Made by a program: the position numbers and the translations under genes. A stretch of 64,000 bases of DNA, taken from the IMG/VR virus record IMGVR_UViG_3300037258_000150, positions 35 to 64,034 of that record; one strand, 5' to 3'. Shown piece after piece: positions 55,309-63,931 of this stretch. The notes beneath the pieces were generated by a model. It did not search any database and had not been told where the DNA came from. It worked only from the letters and a program-made list of their open reading frames with translations. Within the stretch, counting starts at the first letter, position 1; each line of letters opens with the position of its first letter. This DNA is from a virus (Duplodnaviria > Caudoviricetes).

Positions 55309-55995
55309 TCACGGGGCGCGCTCCAATAGCCTGAGCAGCCGGCGCACCGAGGCTGGGAACCAGCGACCGCCGCGCGGGGTAGTGATGCCGAGCGCGTTGA
55401 GGTGATCGGCAAGCGCCTTGAGCGACGTACGCCCGAGCGTGCGGGCATCGGCCACGATGTCACGCAGGTCATTCGCCCTGACGCCAGCCACCTGCGCGTT
55501 GGCGCGTGAGGCGGCGATCGCGCTCGACTTGTCCCCGGCTTTGAGGCGCGGGTTGCCGAGCACGACGCCTTGGGCCTTCGCCGCAGCGAGGCCGGCACGC
55601 GTGCGCTCGCTGATCAACTGGCGCTCCTTCTCGGCGAGGGCGGCAAAGAGGTGCAACACGAACGGGTCAGCCTGGCGCCCGAGCTCGGTCACGACGAACT
55701 CCACGCGCTCGGCCATGAGCCCACTCACGAAGTGGACATCGCGCGAGAGGCGGTCGAGCTTGCTCACGAGGATCGGCCCGCGCAGGGCCCGCCCAGTGCG
55801 CAGCGCCGCGGCAAGCTGGGGTCGGCGCTCGAGCGCGTCCGAGCCTTTACCGGTCTCGACCTCGGTGAACCACTGCGCGATCTCAATCCCCTCGCGCCCG
55901 GCGAAGGCCTCGATGGCGGCGCGCTGAGCCGCCAGCCCCAGGCCCGACTTCTCCTGGTCGGTCGTCGACACGCGCGTATAGGCTACAGCCTGCAT
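55309..55995 (-). CDS. Serine recombinase (resolvase catalytic domain plus short recombinase DNA-binding domain)
   Basis: AYTRVST..Q, RPQL, KLDRLSR, AEKER..ISERT..GL, LN..G..T.RGG.W. Confidence 0.93.
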   Translation of the reverse strand: MQAVAYTRVSTTDQEKSGLGLAAQRAAIEAFAGREGIEIAQWFTEVETGKGSDALERRPQLAAALRTGRALRGPILVSKLDRLSRDVHFVSGLMAERVEFVVTELGRQADPFVLHLFAALAEKERQLISERTRAGLAAAKAQGVVLGNPRLKAGDKSSAIAASRANAQVAGVRANDLRDIVADARTLGRTSLKALADHLNALGITTPRGGRWFPASVRRLLRLLERAP

Positions 55996-56024
55996 TTACT
56001 CTCTCCTAACGGTCGTATGATGGA

Positions 56025-56120
56025 AGAGTACACCGGCGAGCGGCAATGTCAAGCCTGAGTGAAATTGATCAAAACGCCAATTCTTTGATCAAACTGTCAG
56101 TTTTTTGACGTTTTGATCAG
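56025..56120 (-). promoter_or_regulatory. Recombinase promoter plus AT-rich inverted-repeat (res/att-like) site
   Basis: TTGACA-16 nt-TACTCT; 14/15 inverted repeat 56066-56080 vs 56105-56119; central TTTGATCAAA. Confidence 0.6.
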
Positions 56121-56587
56121 TATCGTTGGAGCAAATCGCCAGCTCGTGATACTCGCGCGCGGATCACCCGCTCGACCTGCGCGGCTGCCTCCCCACTTCT
56201 GACCATCTGCGCATCGAACTCGAGCACCGCGATGCCCATCTCGATCGCCGCGTTCATCTTCTGCCGGTCATCGTGAAAGCCACGTCCTCGTACGTGTCGT
56301 CCGCCGTCGTAAGTCCCCCCGTGTATTTCGACGCCTAAGCGCCCCTCGGCGGCGTAGAGGTCGAGGCGCCACTTGCGGGTGTGGTGAAAGCGTGCCTCGC
56401 GCTCAAAGGCTCCTGCGAGGCCAAGGAGGGTGAGGTGATGCAGGAGCAGAGCCTCGAGCTTCCCGCGCTCGGCGGCGGCGATGAGCTTGGCGCCAGCGGA
56501 GGGCGTAAGAGGCGCGCTCGGCAGGCGCTTCAGCCCGCGCCCGATTTCGGCGAGGTCGGCTTCGGTCCAGCGACGTGTACTACGCAT
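56117..56587 (-). CDS. PD-(D/E)XK endonuclease (DUF559/Vsr-like)
   Basis: REARFH..RKWRLD......VEIHGG....GRH..G.GF..D..K.N.A. Confidence 0.82.
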   Translation of the reverse strand: MRSTRRWTEADLAEIGRGLKRLPSAPLTPSAGAKLIAAAERGKLEALLLHHLTLLGLAGAFEREARFHHTRKWRLDLYAAEGRLGVEIHGGTYDGGRHVRGRGFHDDRQKMNAAIEMGIAVLEFDAQMVRSGEAAAQVERVIRARVSRAGDLLQRY

Positions 56588-56600
56588 AATTGGACTTAGC

Positions 56601-56725
56601 TTGCCGGGTTTGCCGGGTTTGCCGGGATAAGTACAGGCTAGCCGTTACGCGCGCGCGACCCTGTGTATAACCTGTGTATAAGTAAGAGTGTAGGGACTTC
56701 AGGATAAAAGCCGGCAAACCCGGCA
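56601..56725. repeat. Iteron-like repeats, probable replication origin
   Basis: TTGCCGGG(T) x3 at 56601-56626, inverted copies at 56711-56725, CCTGTGTATAA x2 at 56660-56681. Confidence 0.65.
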
Positions 56726-56828
56726 TTGCGTAGAAATGGGGGTCTCGTGAAGAATTTTTGTTCTTTATTGACATTGACAATCTGCAACTGTCAGAATCAG
56801 TACTCTGTATTAACTGAGAGTGTCGAAA

Positions 56829-57044
56829 GTGAAACCACAAATCTTCCTTGGGCGCACCGGTCTCGCCTCCTTTCTCGGAGTTTCCGTCACACGATTGTCG
56901 CAAATCCAACCCCCTCCAGACGCCTTGATAGGAAGCCGTCCGGCGTGGCTACCCGAGACTGCTGCTGCACTTAAGGCGGACCGTGAACGACGTCGGGCGC
57001 AGCGTGAAGCTCGTCATGTTCGCTCAGAGTCCAATCGCGCGTAG
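56829..57044 (+). CDS. Small HTH (excisionase/AlpA-like) protein on the opposite strand
   Basis: LGRTGLASFLGVS..RLSQ..PPPD..IG.RP.W; tandem TTGACA at 56768-56779 upstream. Confidence 0.7.
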   Translation: MKPQIFLGRTGLASFLGVSVTRLSQIQPPPDALIGSRPAWLPETAAALKADRERRRAQREARHVRSESNRA

Positions 57045-57065
57045 CGGGCGGCTCTTCCTTAGAGT

Positions 57066-59612
57066 TCATTGCAGGTCGCTCCAGTGCTTTTCACGCGCAT
57101 ACTTTGCGTCCTCATCCTCTTCCGCTCTGCGCATGTGATCTTTCGGCATCGGCAGCGAAATTCCAATAAACACGACCGATTTTCCTCGATTGTCCATGCT
57201 TCTCTTAAACCCGTGCGCTTCCAGTTGGTCAGTGAACGCATTACGCCCTAGCGGCGGGGCTGCATTCTTCTCGCACCACTCGCGGTAGGAGCGATGGCCG
57301 GCAGAGAGCTTCAATTGCCCCGCCTTCTCGCACGCCTCATTCACCCACTGCGCGATCGAGTCCTCGGCATCTAAATAATCAGCCGTGGAGGCAAGCACGC
57401 TTGCCGGGGGTTTCAATCCCTCGCGCCGCCAGGTGATGCAGCCTTTCAGCGCCCACGCGAGCACCCCGCCATATTCCGCGGCAAGCTTGTCCGGTAATTC
57501 CGTATCACGCTTCAACGCATCGATCGTCACGCCGAATTCCACGAGCTGCATGCGGGCCCGCATGGCCTCATCGACCGAGCGCAGGCCCGGCTTTGTGTTT
57601 CCGATGATGAGCAGCGTATGCGTCGGCTCGAATTCAAATAGATCCTTGCCAATATAGCGCGCGCTGATCGGATCTCCGCCCGTCAAGCGCTTGAGCCGCG
57701 CCTCATTCCATCGCCGGCCCGTGTCGATTTCCGAGGCTACGACGAACCTCGCGCCGCGCAGCACCGCAATTTCAGTCGGGTGACGCTCGTGGTGGCTCTC
57801 CATGAATAATTCCGCGCCCACCTCGAGCCCATAATCCCCGAGCGCGCGCCGAAATGCGTGTGCGATCGTTCCCTTGCCGTTTCTACCAGAGCCCCACCAG
57901 AACGAGAGGGCGTGATCGCGCGAGGAGCCGGTGAGCCCGTACCCGAAAAGGCGCTGTACGTACTCCTTCACCTCATCGGCTGGCAGCGCCTCGGTGAGTG
58001 TCTTGATGAATATCGGGCATTCCCCGCCTGGCGCGGCGGCGGTCATTTTCGTGTGAAGCGCACAAGGGTCGTGAGGTCGCATCAGTCCGGTGCGCAGGTC
58101 CAGTATTCCAGCGGGCGTATTGAGCGCCCAGGGATCCGCGTCGAGCTCCCGCACTGACACCGCGTGCACGGGGTCCGAGCCTGCGAGCTTCGTGATGTTG
58201 TAGACGGTCTTCGCGTCCCCTAAGCGCTTACGAAGCCCTTTGCGCTGCGTGTCGGTGAGGGGCTGCGCCAGGTGCTCGGCGAGCACTTCGCGGCAGATAG
58301 CCCGCGAGAGATCGAATACGGAGCGCTTCTCATCGTGTGCCCAGCGCTTGCCATCCCACAGCAGCCACCGGTCCCAGGCCGCGACGTAGCGCAGGCTTTT
58401 GCCGTAGCGAGCCGTGAAGCGTAGCGCGAGCTCATCATCGGAGAGGCCGAGCTCGCCGTCGTCTTTCTCCTGGCCGTCTGCGGCGGGATTCTCCCTTCCC
58501 TGCGAAGGGATTTTCTGGGAGGTTCCACGTGAAACGTTCGCTTGATCAGCGCGTGCGTCGGCGAAGCGCTTAGCCTCCTCTTCATAAGTGGATAGCGGCG
58601 GAATATCTGCCTGCGGCGCCGGAATATTCTCCGGAATATTCATCCCCGTCTTCAGCGCCAAAGCAGCGGCGCGGGCCCGATGCACCAGCGTGCCTACGGT
58701 GACGGTGGCCCCGCGAGCCTTGTCGTGCCGAAAGCTAGCCCAGCGGTAGCGGCAGTCGTGGATCCCGGCGTAATTAACCGGGCACTCACCGGTTAATTCC
58801 CCGGCGCTCCACGCGTGCCAGAGCGCAAAGCCATCGTCCACCCCCCCGCAGGCGAGGCTAATGGCCATCCCTGCGTCTATCCATGCCCCGTAGCTCACTG
58901 GGTCAATCCATGGAAGCGTCTGCAGCAGCGTCTGCCGATCGCAGCCCCAGGAGGCTGGCGTTGCGGCGGGGAGCGGCTCGAGCGCGCGCGGCTCGACTTT
59001 GCGCTCATCGATGAGACCCGCCGGTAGCAGGATGGTCTCCCCCGAGGCGGATCCGCCGTGAAGCGGCCACCAGATGACGTAGCCGCCGGAAGCGCGCAGG
59101 TCGAGGCCGACGCGCACCTTGCCATTGAGCGCAAGCGACACGCCCCCGCGATATTCCACCGTCGGGGTGACACGGAAGAGGTAATGCCTCCCGCCCGAGA
59201 GCGTCGCGTGACTGCGGGTCTCGCAAAGCGCCACGGAGTTCTCGGCGATCCAATCCTTTGCCGCCGCATCCGCCTTGTATTCGTCGTAGTCGACGACGAG
59301 AAAGCCGGTTGCGGGCCCCGTGGGCACCCCCACCAGCGCATCGGGGTGCTCGCGCCACCAGGCGCGGATCTGGTCCGGGTCCTGGCTCGCGTCCTGAAAT
59401 CCGTGCGGGGTGAGTGGGGATTTCGCCTTGACCACTTTGCGCTCGCCGCGCCAAAGGATCTGCGTCGGATGGAGCCGGCACGGGAAAACCGGATATTCGC
59501 GTGCGAGCCTCAGCACCGCCTCCACGGGCGCGATGCTGCAGACGAGCTGTTCGTTCCCCGCCACTCTCACAATCCCCATCGCAGCAGTAAATTGCGCAGC
59601 CACCACGGGCAA
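57066..59612 (-). CDS. Bifunctional primase-polymerase / PriCT / D5-like SF3 helicase
   Basis: VFPC, P.TPHGF.DA, VVDYD, T.SGGRHYLF, GGYV; W..WDG..W; G.GRNGKGT Walker A; LTGGD.I.AR; start uncertain. Confidence 0.92.
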   Translation of the reverse strand: MPVVAAQFTAAMGIVRVAGNEQLVCSIAPVEAVLRLAREYPVFPCRLHPTQILWRGERKVVKAKSPLTPHGFQDASQDPDQIRAWWREHPDALVGVPTGPATGFLVVDYDEYKADAAAKDWIAENSVALCETRSHATLSGGRHYLFRVTPTVEYRGGVSLALNGKVRVGLDLRASGGYVIWWPLHGGSASGETILLPAGLIDERKVEPRALEPLPAATPASWGCDRQTLLQTLPWIDPVSYGAWIDAGMAISLACGGVDDGFALWHAWSAGELTGECPVNYAGIHDCRYRWASFRHDKARGATVTVGTLVHRARAAALALKTGMNIPENIPAPQADIPPLSTYEEEAKRFADARADQANVSRGTSQKIPSQGRENPAADGQEKDDGELGLSDDELALRFTARYGKSLRYVAAWDRWLLWDGKRWAHDEKRSVFDLSRAICREVLAEHLAQPLTDTQRKGLRKRLGDAKTVYNITKLAGSDPVHAVSVRELDADPWALNTPAGILDLRTGLMRPHDPCALHTKMTAAAPGGECPIFIKTLTEALPADEVKEYVQRLFGYGLTGSSRDHALSFWWGSGRNGKGTIAHAFRRALGDYGLEVGAELFMESHHERHPTEIAVLRGARFVVASEIDTGRRWNEARLKRLTGGDPISARYIGKDLFEFEPTHTLLIIGNTKPGLRSVDEAMRARMQLVEFGVTIDALKRDTELPDKLAAEYGGVLAWALKGCITWRREGLKPPASVLASTADYLDAEDSIAQWVNEACEKAGQLKLSAGHRSYREWCEKNAAPPLGRNAFTDQLEAHGFKRSMDNRGKSVVFIGISLPMPKDHMRRAEEDEDAKYAREKHWSDLQ

Positions 59613-59691
59613 AATCGCAGGTCAAGCGCCCGGCGTGCCCGCTTCCCGATGCGCGAGTCGGCCTCAGCCGAGCCGTCGGTCGTGAAGTCCC

Positions 59692-59958
59692 TCATACCGC
59701 CGCCGACTTTGGGGCGCGCCCTTTCTTCGGCACCAGCGCCTCCCCAAACACATCCTCGAACGCCCGCTCGTATGTGCGCACCTTCCCATCCTGCCCCCGC
59801 CACACGATCACCTCGGCGAGTCCGCCCTCGATGATGCGCTCCCTCACCTTCTCCTTGCCGATCTCCATCCACGACAGCTCCACCCCGTGCTCGCGCAGCC
59901 GGTGGGCGAGATGCGCCGCATCGTGATGGAGCGTAAACATGTCTTTCGTCTCAGCCAT
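59692..59958 (-). CDS. Hypothetical protein
   Basis: GGAG RBS. Confidence 0.6.
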   Translation of the reverse strand: MAETKDMFTLHHDAAHLAHRLREHGVELSWMEIGKEKVRERIIEGGLAEVIVWRGQDGKVRTYERAFEDVFGEALVPKKGRAPKSAAV

Positions 59959-60061
59959 TTTTCATCTCCAGCCACACCGACGCCCATACCGCCCCGATGA
60001 CGATAATCACGAGGCACGATGGCGCACATCAGGCGCTCGGTGAGCGGCAGGTCGGGCTCCC

Positions 60062-60244
60062 TCATGCCGCCCGCCTCACCCGCACCGCTGCCCCGTCCCA
60101 GCGCGTGCGAAACACCCAGTGCTTGCGATACGCAAACTTCGATGCCGCCGTCTGCACCGCGTTCGCCGCGCGCCGGTCGTGGGCCTCGATCGCCTCCACT
60201 GTGCCGATGGCTACGGGCCAGGGATAGCGCTGGCGGCGGCTCAT
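60062..60244 (-). CDS. Small basic hypothetical protein
   Basis: YPW....G...V.V.R motif. Confidence 0.55.
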   Translation of the reverse strand: MSRRQRYPWPVAIGTVEAIEAHDRRAANAVQTAASKFAYRKHWVFRTRWDGAAVRVRRAA

Positions 60245-60285
60245 TTCACCGGCGCCTCAGAGCGGGCCGCACATCGTCGAGGGTG

Positions 60286-60313
60286 AATAAAATCGGGGCC
60301 ATGAGGGCCCCGA
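60286..60313 (-). terminator. Putative terminator
   Basis: Minus strand tcggggcc-ctcat-ggccccga followed by ttttatt. Confidence 0.6.
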
Positions 60314-60367
60314 CGCGCCAGTCATCGCGCAGCGGGGAGCGCGGCGCGAGGTGGGAAAAGTGGCGAG

Positions 60368-60404
60368 AAAAAGGTGAAGGCCGGGAAGTGGTGGCCTCCC
60401 GGCC
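60368..60404 (-). terminator. Putative terminator
   Basis: ggccggga/tcccggcc stem followed on the minus strand by ttcaccttttt. Confidence 0.45.
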
Positions 60405-60561
60405 CTCGGGTTGCGCAGACGCAGGACGGAATGACAGCGTGCGCGCAGACTGAGCAGCAGGATTCGCTCCTGACTGCGATACTCTCGACCCCATCGTTCC
60501 GTCCTTCCCGGCGCTAGCGGCCGGTTATGTCATCGTGCTTCCCCCACCAGGGGCGGCGCGA

Positions 60562-60783
60562 TCAAACGTTAGCGTTCTGCGTTCGCAGGCTCCGGTATGT
60601 GACGCGCTTCTCGACGCCGAGCCCTTCAAGGAGTCTATCCGTAATATCGCGGCGCCCTTTGAGCACATCGCATATGAACTGGCGCGATACCCCTAGGCGT
60701 TTGGCCACCTTACTTTGCGAGGACTTCTTGCACTCGGCCTTCAGCATCTGCAGCGGATCTATCGTTGCCATGGATTTCAGCAT
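60562..60783 (-). CDS. Cro-like HTH regulator
   Basis: SQSKVAKRLGVSRQFICDVLKGRR; first gene of the leftward arm. Confidence 0.85.
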   Translation of the reverse strand: MLKSMATIDPLQMLKAECKKSSQSKVAKRLGVSRQFICDVLKGRRDITDRLLEGLGVEKRVTYRSLRTQNANV

Positions 60784-60821
60784 ACGCTAGCCGCGAGTCA
60801 GTACGCAAGTTTGCAGAACGC

Positions 60822-60849
60822 TTGACACGTACCAAAAAGAGCGTACAGT
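60822..60849 (+). promoter_or_regulatory. Rightward early promoter at the divergence point
   Basis: TTGACA-16 nt-TACAGT, ATG 9 nt downstream with no SD; inverted GTACGC/GCGTAC at 60801 and 60841. Confidence 0.6.
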
Positions 60850-60858
60850 CCCTTCCAC

Positions 60859-61191
60859 ATGAACACCGCGCCCACCCTCTCCGCCAAAAACCGCGCGATC
60901 TGCGCCGATATCGCGAGCGAGCTCACCGCGCACCCGGAGCGCTGGACGCAGGTGGTAATGGCCCGTGATGACATGGGATGCTCCGTCGCCTCTTATGATC
61001 CACGGGCTACCCGCTGGTGCGCGCTCGGCCATGTGGCCCGCAGGGTGCCCTTTCGGCAGTGGGTGCGCCATCCGATCGTATTCGCTCTTGAGGCGGCAAT
61101 GGACAGCGACATTTCCACCTTCAACGACGCCGCTGATACAACTGCCGCCGACGTCGCGCGAGTCTTCCACGCCCTGAGCGACCCCACATGA
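60859..61191 (+). CDS. Conserved phage protein (DUF6197-like)
   Basis: RWTQ...ARD..G, WCALG, FND......DV. Confidence 0.75.
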   Translation: MNTAPTLSAKNRAICADIASELTAHPERWTQVVMARDDMGCSVASYDPRATRWCALGHVARRVPFRQWVRHPIVFALEAAMDSDISTFNDAADTTAADVARVFHALSDPT

Positions 61192-61275
61192 CCGACACCG
61201 CCTACGCCGAGGCATTGAAGCTCTGGACGCTGACCCAAGCGTGCACGCGCCCCCTTCCCACACCTTGAGATCATC

Positions 61276-61413
61276 ATGAACCTGATGAAACCCAACAGCT
61301 ACGAACTCTCCATCGCAGGCGAGACGCTCGCCATCACCCTCGCCGTGCTCGTCGTCGGCGTCGTGTGGGGGCTCATTTACGTGGCAGTGCTCGCGATCCG
61401 GGCGGGGGTGTAA
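61276..61413 (+). CDS. Small single-TM protein (45 aa, not in the ORF track)
   Basis: LAITLAVLVVGVVWGLIYVAVLAI. Confidence 0.55.
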   Translation: MNLMKPNSYELSIAGETLAITLAVLVVGVVWGLIYVAVLAIRAGV

Positions 61414-61418
61414 TCCGA

Positions 61419-61646
61419 ATGATCCACACCGAATCAGGCCCCGTCCTCACCCGCGACGCCTTCGTCATCGAGTCCCGCGTTGATGGCTATACCCATGTGC
61501 GCCTTCACGGCACCTGTCCTGCCGGCACGACGAAGCAGCAGGTTGCGCAGTGCTGGTATCACCCCGTCTTCGGCGGCAGGGAAGCTGAAGTGTGGACGAG
61601 TGAGGACGGCATCACTCATTTCATCGTCGTGCGCCATACCGACTGA
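61419..61646 (+). CDS. Hypothetical protein
   Basis: ORF in the early chain. Confidence 0.6.
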   Translation: MIHTESGPVLTRDAFVIESRVDGYTHVRLHGTCPAGTTKQQVAQCWYHPVFGGREAEVWTSEDGITHFIVVRHTD

Positions 61647-61652
61647 GCCGCC

Positions 61653-61865
61653 ATGCTGACCGTCATTTTCTGCCCGCTCTGCCACGATCTCGAGCCGGAC
61701 CCCGGCGAGCGCATCTGCTGCGAGTGTCTGAGCAAAAGCGAGCCGGGACCGGTAGTCGCCGCCTTCAGCGATGTGGGCCTAGCGTATGCGTACTGCAAGT
61801 CCAAGGGCGCGGGGTACGTCATCACGGCAGGCGTTGATTTCCCGTTCTGCGTCCGGAGGGTGTGA
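61653..61865 (+). CDS. Small zinc-finger protein
   Basis: CPLC...CCEC. Confidence 0.55.
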   Translation: MLTVIFCPLCHDLEPDPGERICCECLSKSEPGPVVAAFSDVGLAYAYCKSKGAGYVITAGVDFPFCVRRV

Positions 61866-62233
61866 TGGATGCCATGATCGAAGTCGGCGAGTGTACCATC
61901 GGTCTCTGGTCGGTCTCCTTACCCGCCGGCGACTGGCTGCAGCACTTGGGTGTCATGCCCGATGGCACCTACGAAATCGTCTACCGCTTTCGCTGGTACC
62001 GCGATGACAAGACCTTCGACAGTGCCGATGAGAAACGTTGGTTTCGTATTCGCACAAAGACTGGCGAGTCTGAGGCTCACGCCCTTGAGGTCGCCCGCTA
62101 TGCCTACGGCACGTTGAATAAGTTGGGCGCGCATTGGGAACTGATGCGCGGTGCTCGCTCGTCCCAAGAGTTTGCCGACGTGTTGCTCGCGATGCCTGGA
62201 ATGACGGCGCGGCATGAAGTGGTGGCAGCATGA
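61862..62233 (+). CDS. Hypothetical protein
   Basis: GGAGG RBS; YRFRWYRDDK.FDS.D.K.W motif. Confidence 0.65.
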   Translation: MMDAMIEVGECTIGLWSVSLPAGDWLQHLGVMPDGTYEIVYRFRWYRDDKTFDSADEKRWFRIRTKTGESEAHALEVARYAYGTLNKLGAHWELMRGARSSQEFADVLLAMPGMTARHEVVAA

Positions 62234-62427
62234 ACCCCATAAAACTCCTCGCCGTGGCACTGTTGCTCGACCTCTCAGGCTGCGCTGTGGCGCCTCCACT
62301 GACCGCGATGGCCCCGAATTTCTCAGAGACGCTGGTCTGCCACTTGGACGCCGCCACGGTGCCCGCAGCGTGGGAGTGCTCGGCGCTGCCGGAACGTCTC
62401 CTCATGATCGAGGAGCGTACGCCGTGA
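62230..62427 (+). CDS. Small lipoprotein
   Basis: MNPIKLLAVALLLDLSG-C lipobox; further Cys pair. Confidence 0.6.
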   Translation: MNPIKLLAVALLLDLSGCAVAPPLTAMAPNFSETLVCHLDAATVPAAWECSALPERLLMIEERTP

Positions 62428-62627
62428 CCGCGACCCACCTCGCCGCCATCCGTGAGCGCGATGCCAGCGCCGCCGTCACCTGGTTCAAGGTGCCCGCACT
62501 CGGCGCCTGTGGCCGAGCCTTCATCGACCGGCGCTGGCTCCTGAGCGAAGTGGATCGCCTCACGGCCGAACTCACCGCCGCGCAGGTCGCCCCGCTGGCT
62601 GAGGGCTTCTTCGGAGAAGGCCCGTGA
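62424..62627 (+). CDS. Hypothetical protein
   Basis: LAAIRERD...DRRWLLSEVDRL; GTGA coupling. Confidence 0.6.
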   Translation: MTATHLAAIRERDASAAVTWFKVPALGACGRAFIDRRWLLSEVDRLTAELTAAQVAPLAEGFFGEGP

Positions 62628-62854
62628 GCCGCACCTGCCAACATGCCGTCCTCTACGTCGTGAGCGGCAGTGCGCGCCACGAGTTCGTCCCGTGCCTTTT
62701 CTGCGAGCGCGATGCAGCGCTGTCGCTACTCACCAGCGCACTTGCCGAGTATCACGCCGAGTATGGCGAGCTGATCGGGGAAAGCGAGCACTGGTCGTTC
62801 GAGGCGCGGCGGCTGTTGGGAGAATTTCCGCCGCCTGCTGCTCCAATCCGTTGA
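62624..62854 (+). CDS. Hypothetical protein
   Basis: Coupled ORF. Confidence 0.55.
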   Translation: MSRTCQHAVLYVVSGSARHEFVPCLFCERDAALSLLTSALAEYHAEYGELIGESEHWSFEARRLLGEFPPPAAPIR

Positions 62855-62882
62855 TATTCCCCCACAACACCTGAGAATAATC

Positions 62883-63098
62883 ATGCCCACTCCCCGCCCC
62901 GACACCCGCATCTACTTGGTCACCGACAAAAAGGCCGACGCCAAGCGCCTGGTGCGCGCCCCGAACAACGCCCAGGCCATCCGCCACTGCGCCAAGGACT
63001 TCAGCGCCACAGTGGCGAGTCAGGACGAGCTGATCGCGGCGGTTGGCGCGGGGGTGAAGGTGGAGGAGGCGAAAGCCTCGACAGATTTCGAGTCCTGA
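62883..63098 (+). CDS. Conserved small phage protein
   Basis: TRIYLV...RLVRA...AQA.RH.A......VASQD.L. Confidence 0.7.
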   Translation: MPTPRPDTRIYLVTDKKADAKRLVRAPNNAQAIRHCAKDFSATVASQDELIAAVGAGVKVEEAKASTDFES

Positions 63099-63127
63099 TT
63101 CTCGCATCTACAACTGGAGATTCTTCT

Positions 63128-63931
63128 ATGTCAACTTCCACTCCGCGAACCGCAGTAAGCACGCAGGTTGCAGCGGACGGAAATCGGTCCCTGGCCGTTA
63201 CGTTCGAGCAACTGGAGAGGATGGCGGCGACCGTCGCCAAGTCAGGCTTGTTCGCCGTCAAGACCCCCGAAGCCGCGCTTTCCCTCATGTTGATTGCGCA
63301 GGCCGAAGGCATCCACCCCGCGCAGGCCATGATGGATTACGATGTGATCGAGGGGAAACCCTCACTCAAGTCCTCCGCCATGCTGACCCGGTTCCTGCGC
63401 GCCGGCGGCCAAGTCGAATGGCTCGAATGCTCGGACGCCAAGGTCACGGGCCGTTTCACATCCCCCAAAGGCAAGCAACTCTCCGTGACCTGGGACGACG
63501 CGCGCGTGAAGACCGCGGGCCTCGCCTCGCGCCCGAATCATCAGAAATTTCCCATGCAGATGAAGCGTGCGCGCTGCATCTCAGAGGGCATCCGTGCGCT
63601 CTGGCCGGTGACGCAGCTCTATACGCCCGAGGAGTTTGCCGACACGCCCGACTCCATCGACGTGACCCCGCAGCGCATGGCGGATGCCGTGAAAGCCGCC
63701 GTCGCCAGCGCGCAAGCCTCGGCAACCGCGCTCACGGCGGAGGAGGGTGAGGAGCACTTCAACGCCATGAAGGGGGCGAAGAATCAGGCGGAGCTCGCCA
63801 GCACCTTCGCTGCCGCCTGGAAGCACGCCGGAGACGCCAAGGACGCAGCCGCACGCGAGGCATTCAAGGCGATGTACGATGCCCGCAAGGCCGAGTTGGC
63901 CGCCGCCGCATCCGAAGAGGCCCCCACGTGA
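63128..63931 (+). CDS. RecT/Redbeta-like single-strand annealing protein
   Basis: MA..VAKSGLF.VKT, G..P..A.....VIEGKP, P.QM..AR.IS...R; coupled to Gp157 across the circular junction. Confidence 0.78.
   Translation: MSTSTPRTAVSTQVAADGNRSLAVTFEQLERMAATVAKSGLFAVKTPEAALSLMLIAQAEGIHPAQAMMDYDVIEGKPSLKSSAMLTRFLRAGGQVEWLECSDAKVTGRFTSPKGKQLSVTWDDARVKTAGLASRPNHQKFPMQMKRARCISEGIRALWPVTQLYTPEEFADTPDSIDVTPQRMADAVKAAVASAQASATALTAEEGEEHFNAMKGAKNQAELASTFAAAWKHAGDAKDAAAREAFKAMYDARKAELAAAASEEAPT

Noticed and set aside
60452-60478. tRNA-like T-arm (CAGG-AGCGAAT-CCTG on the minus strand)
   Set aside because: The loop lacks TTC and I could not build an acceptor stem or anticodon arm
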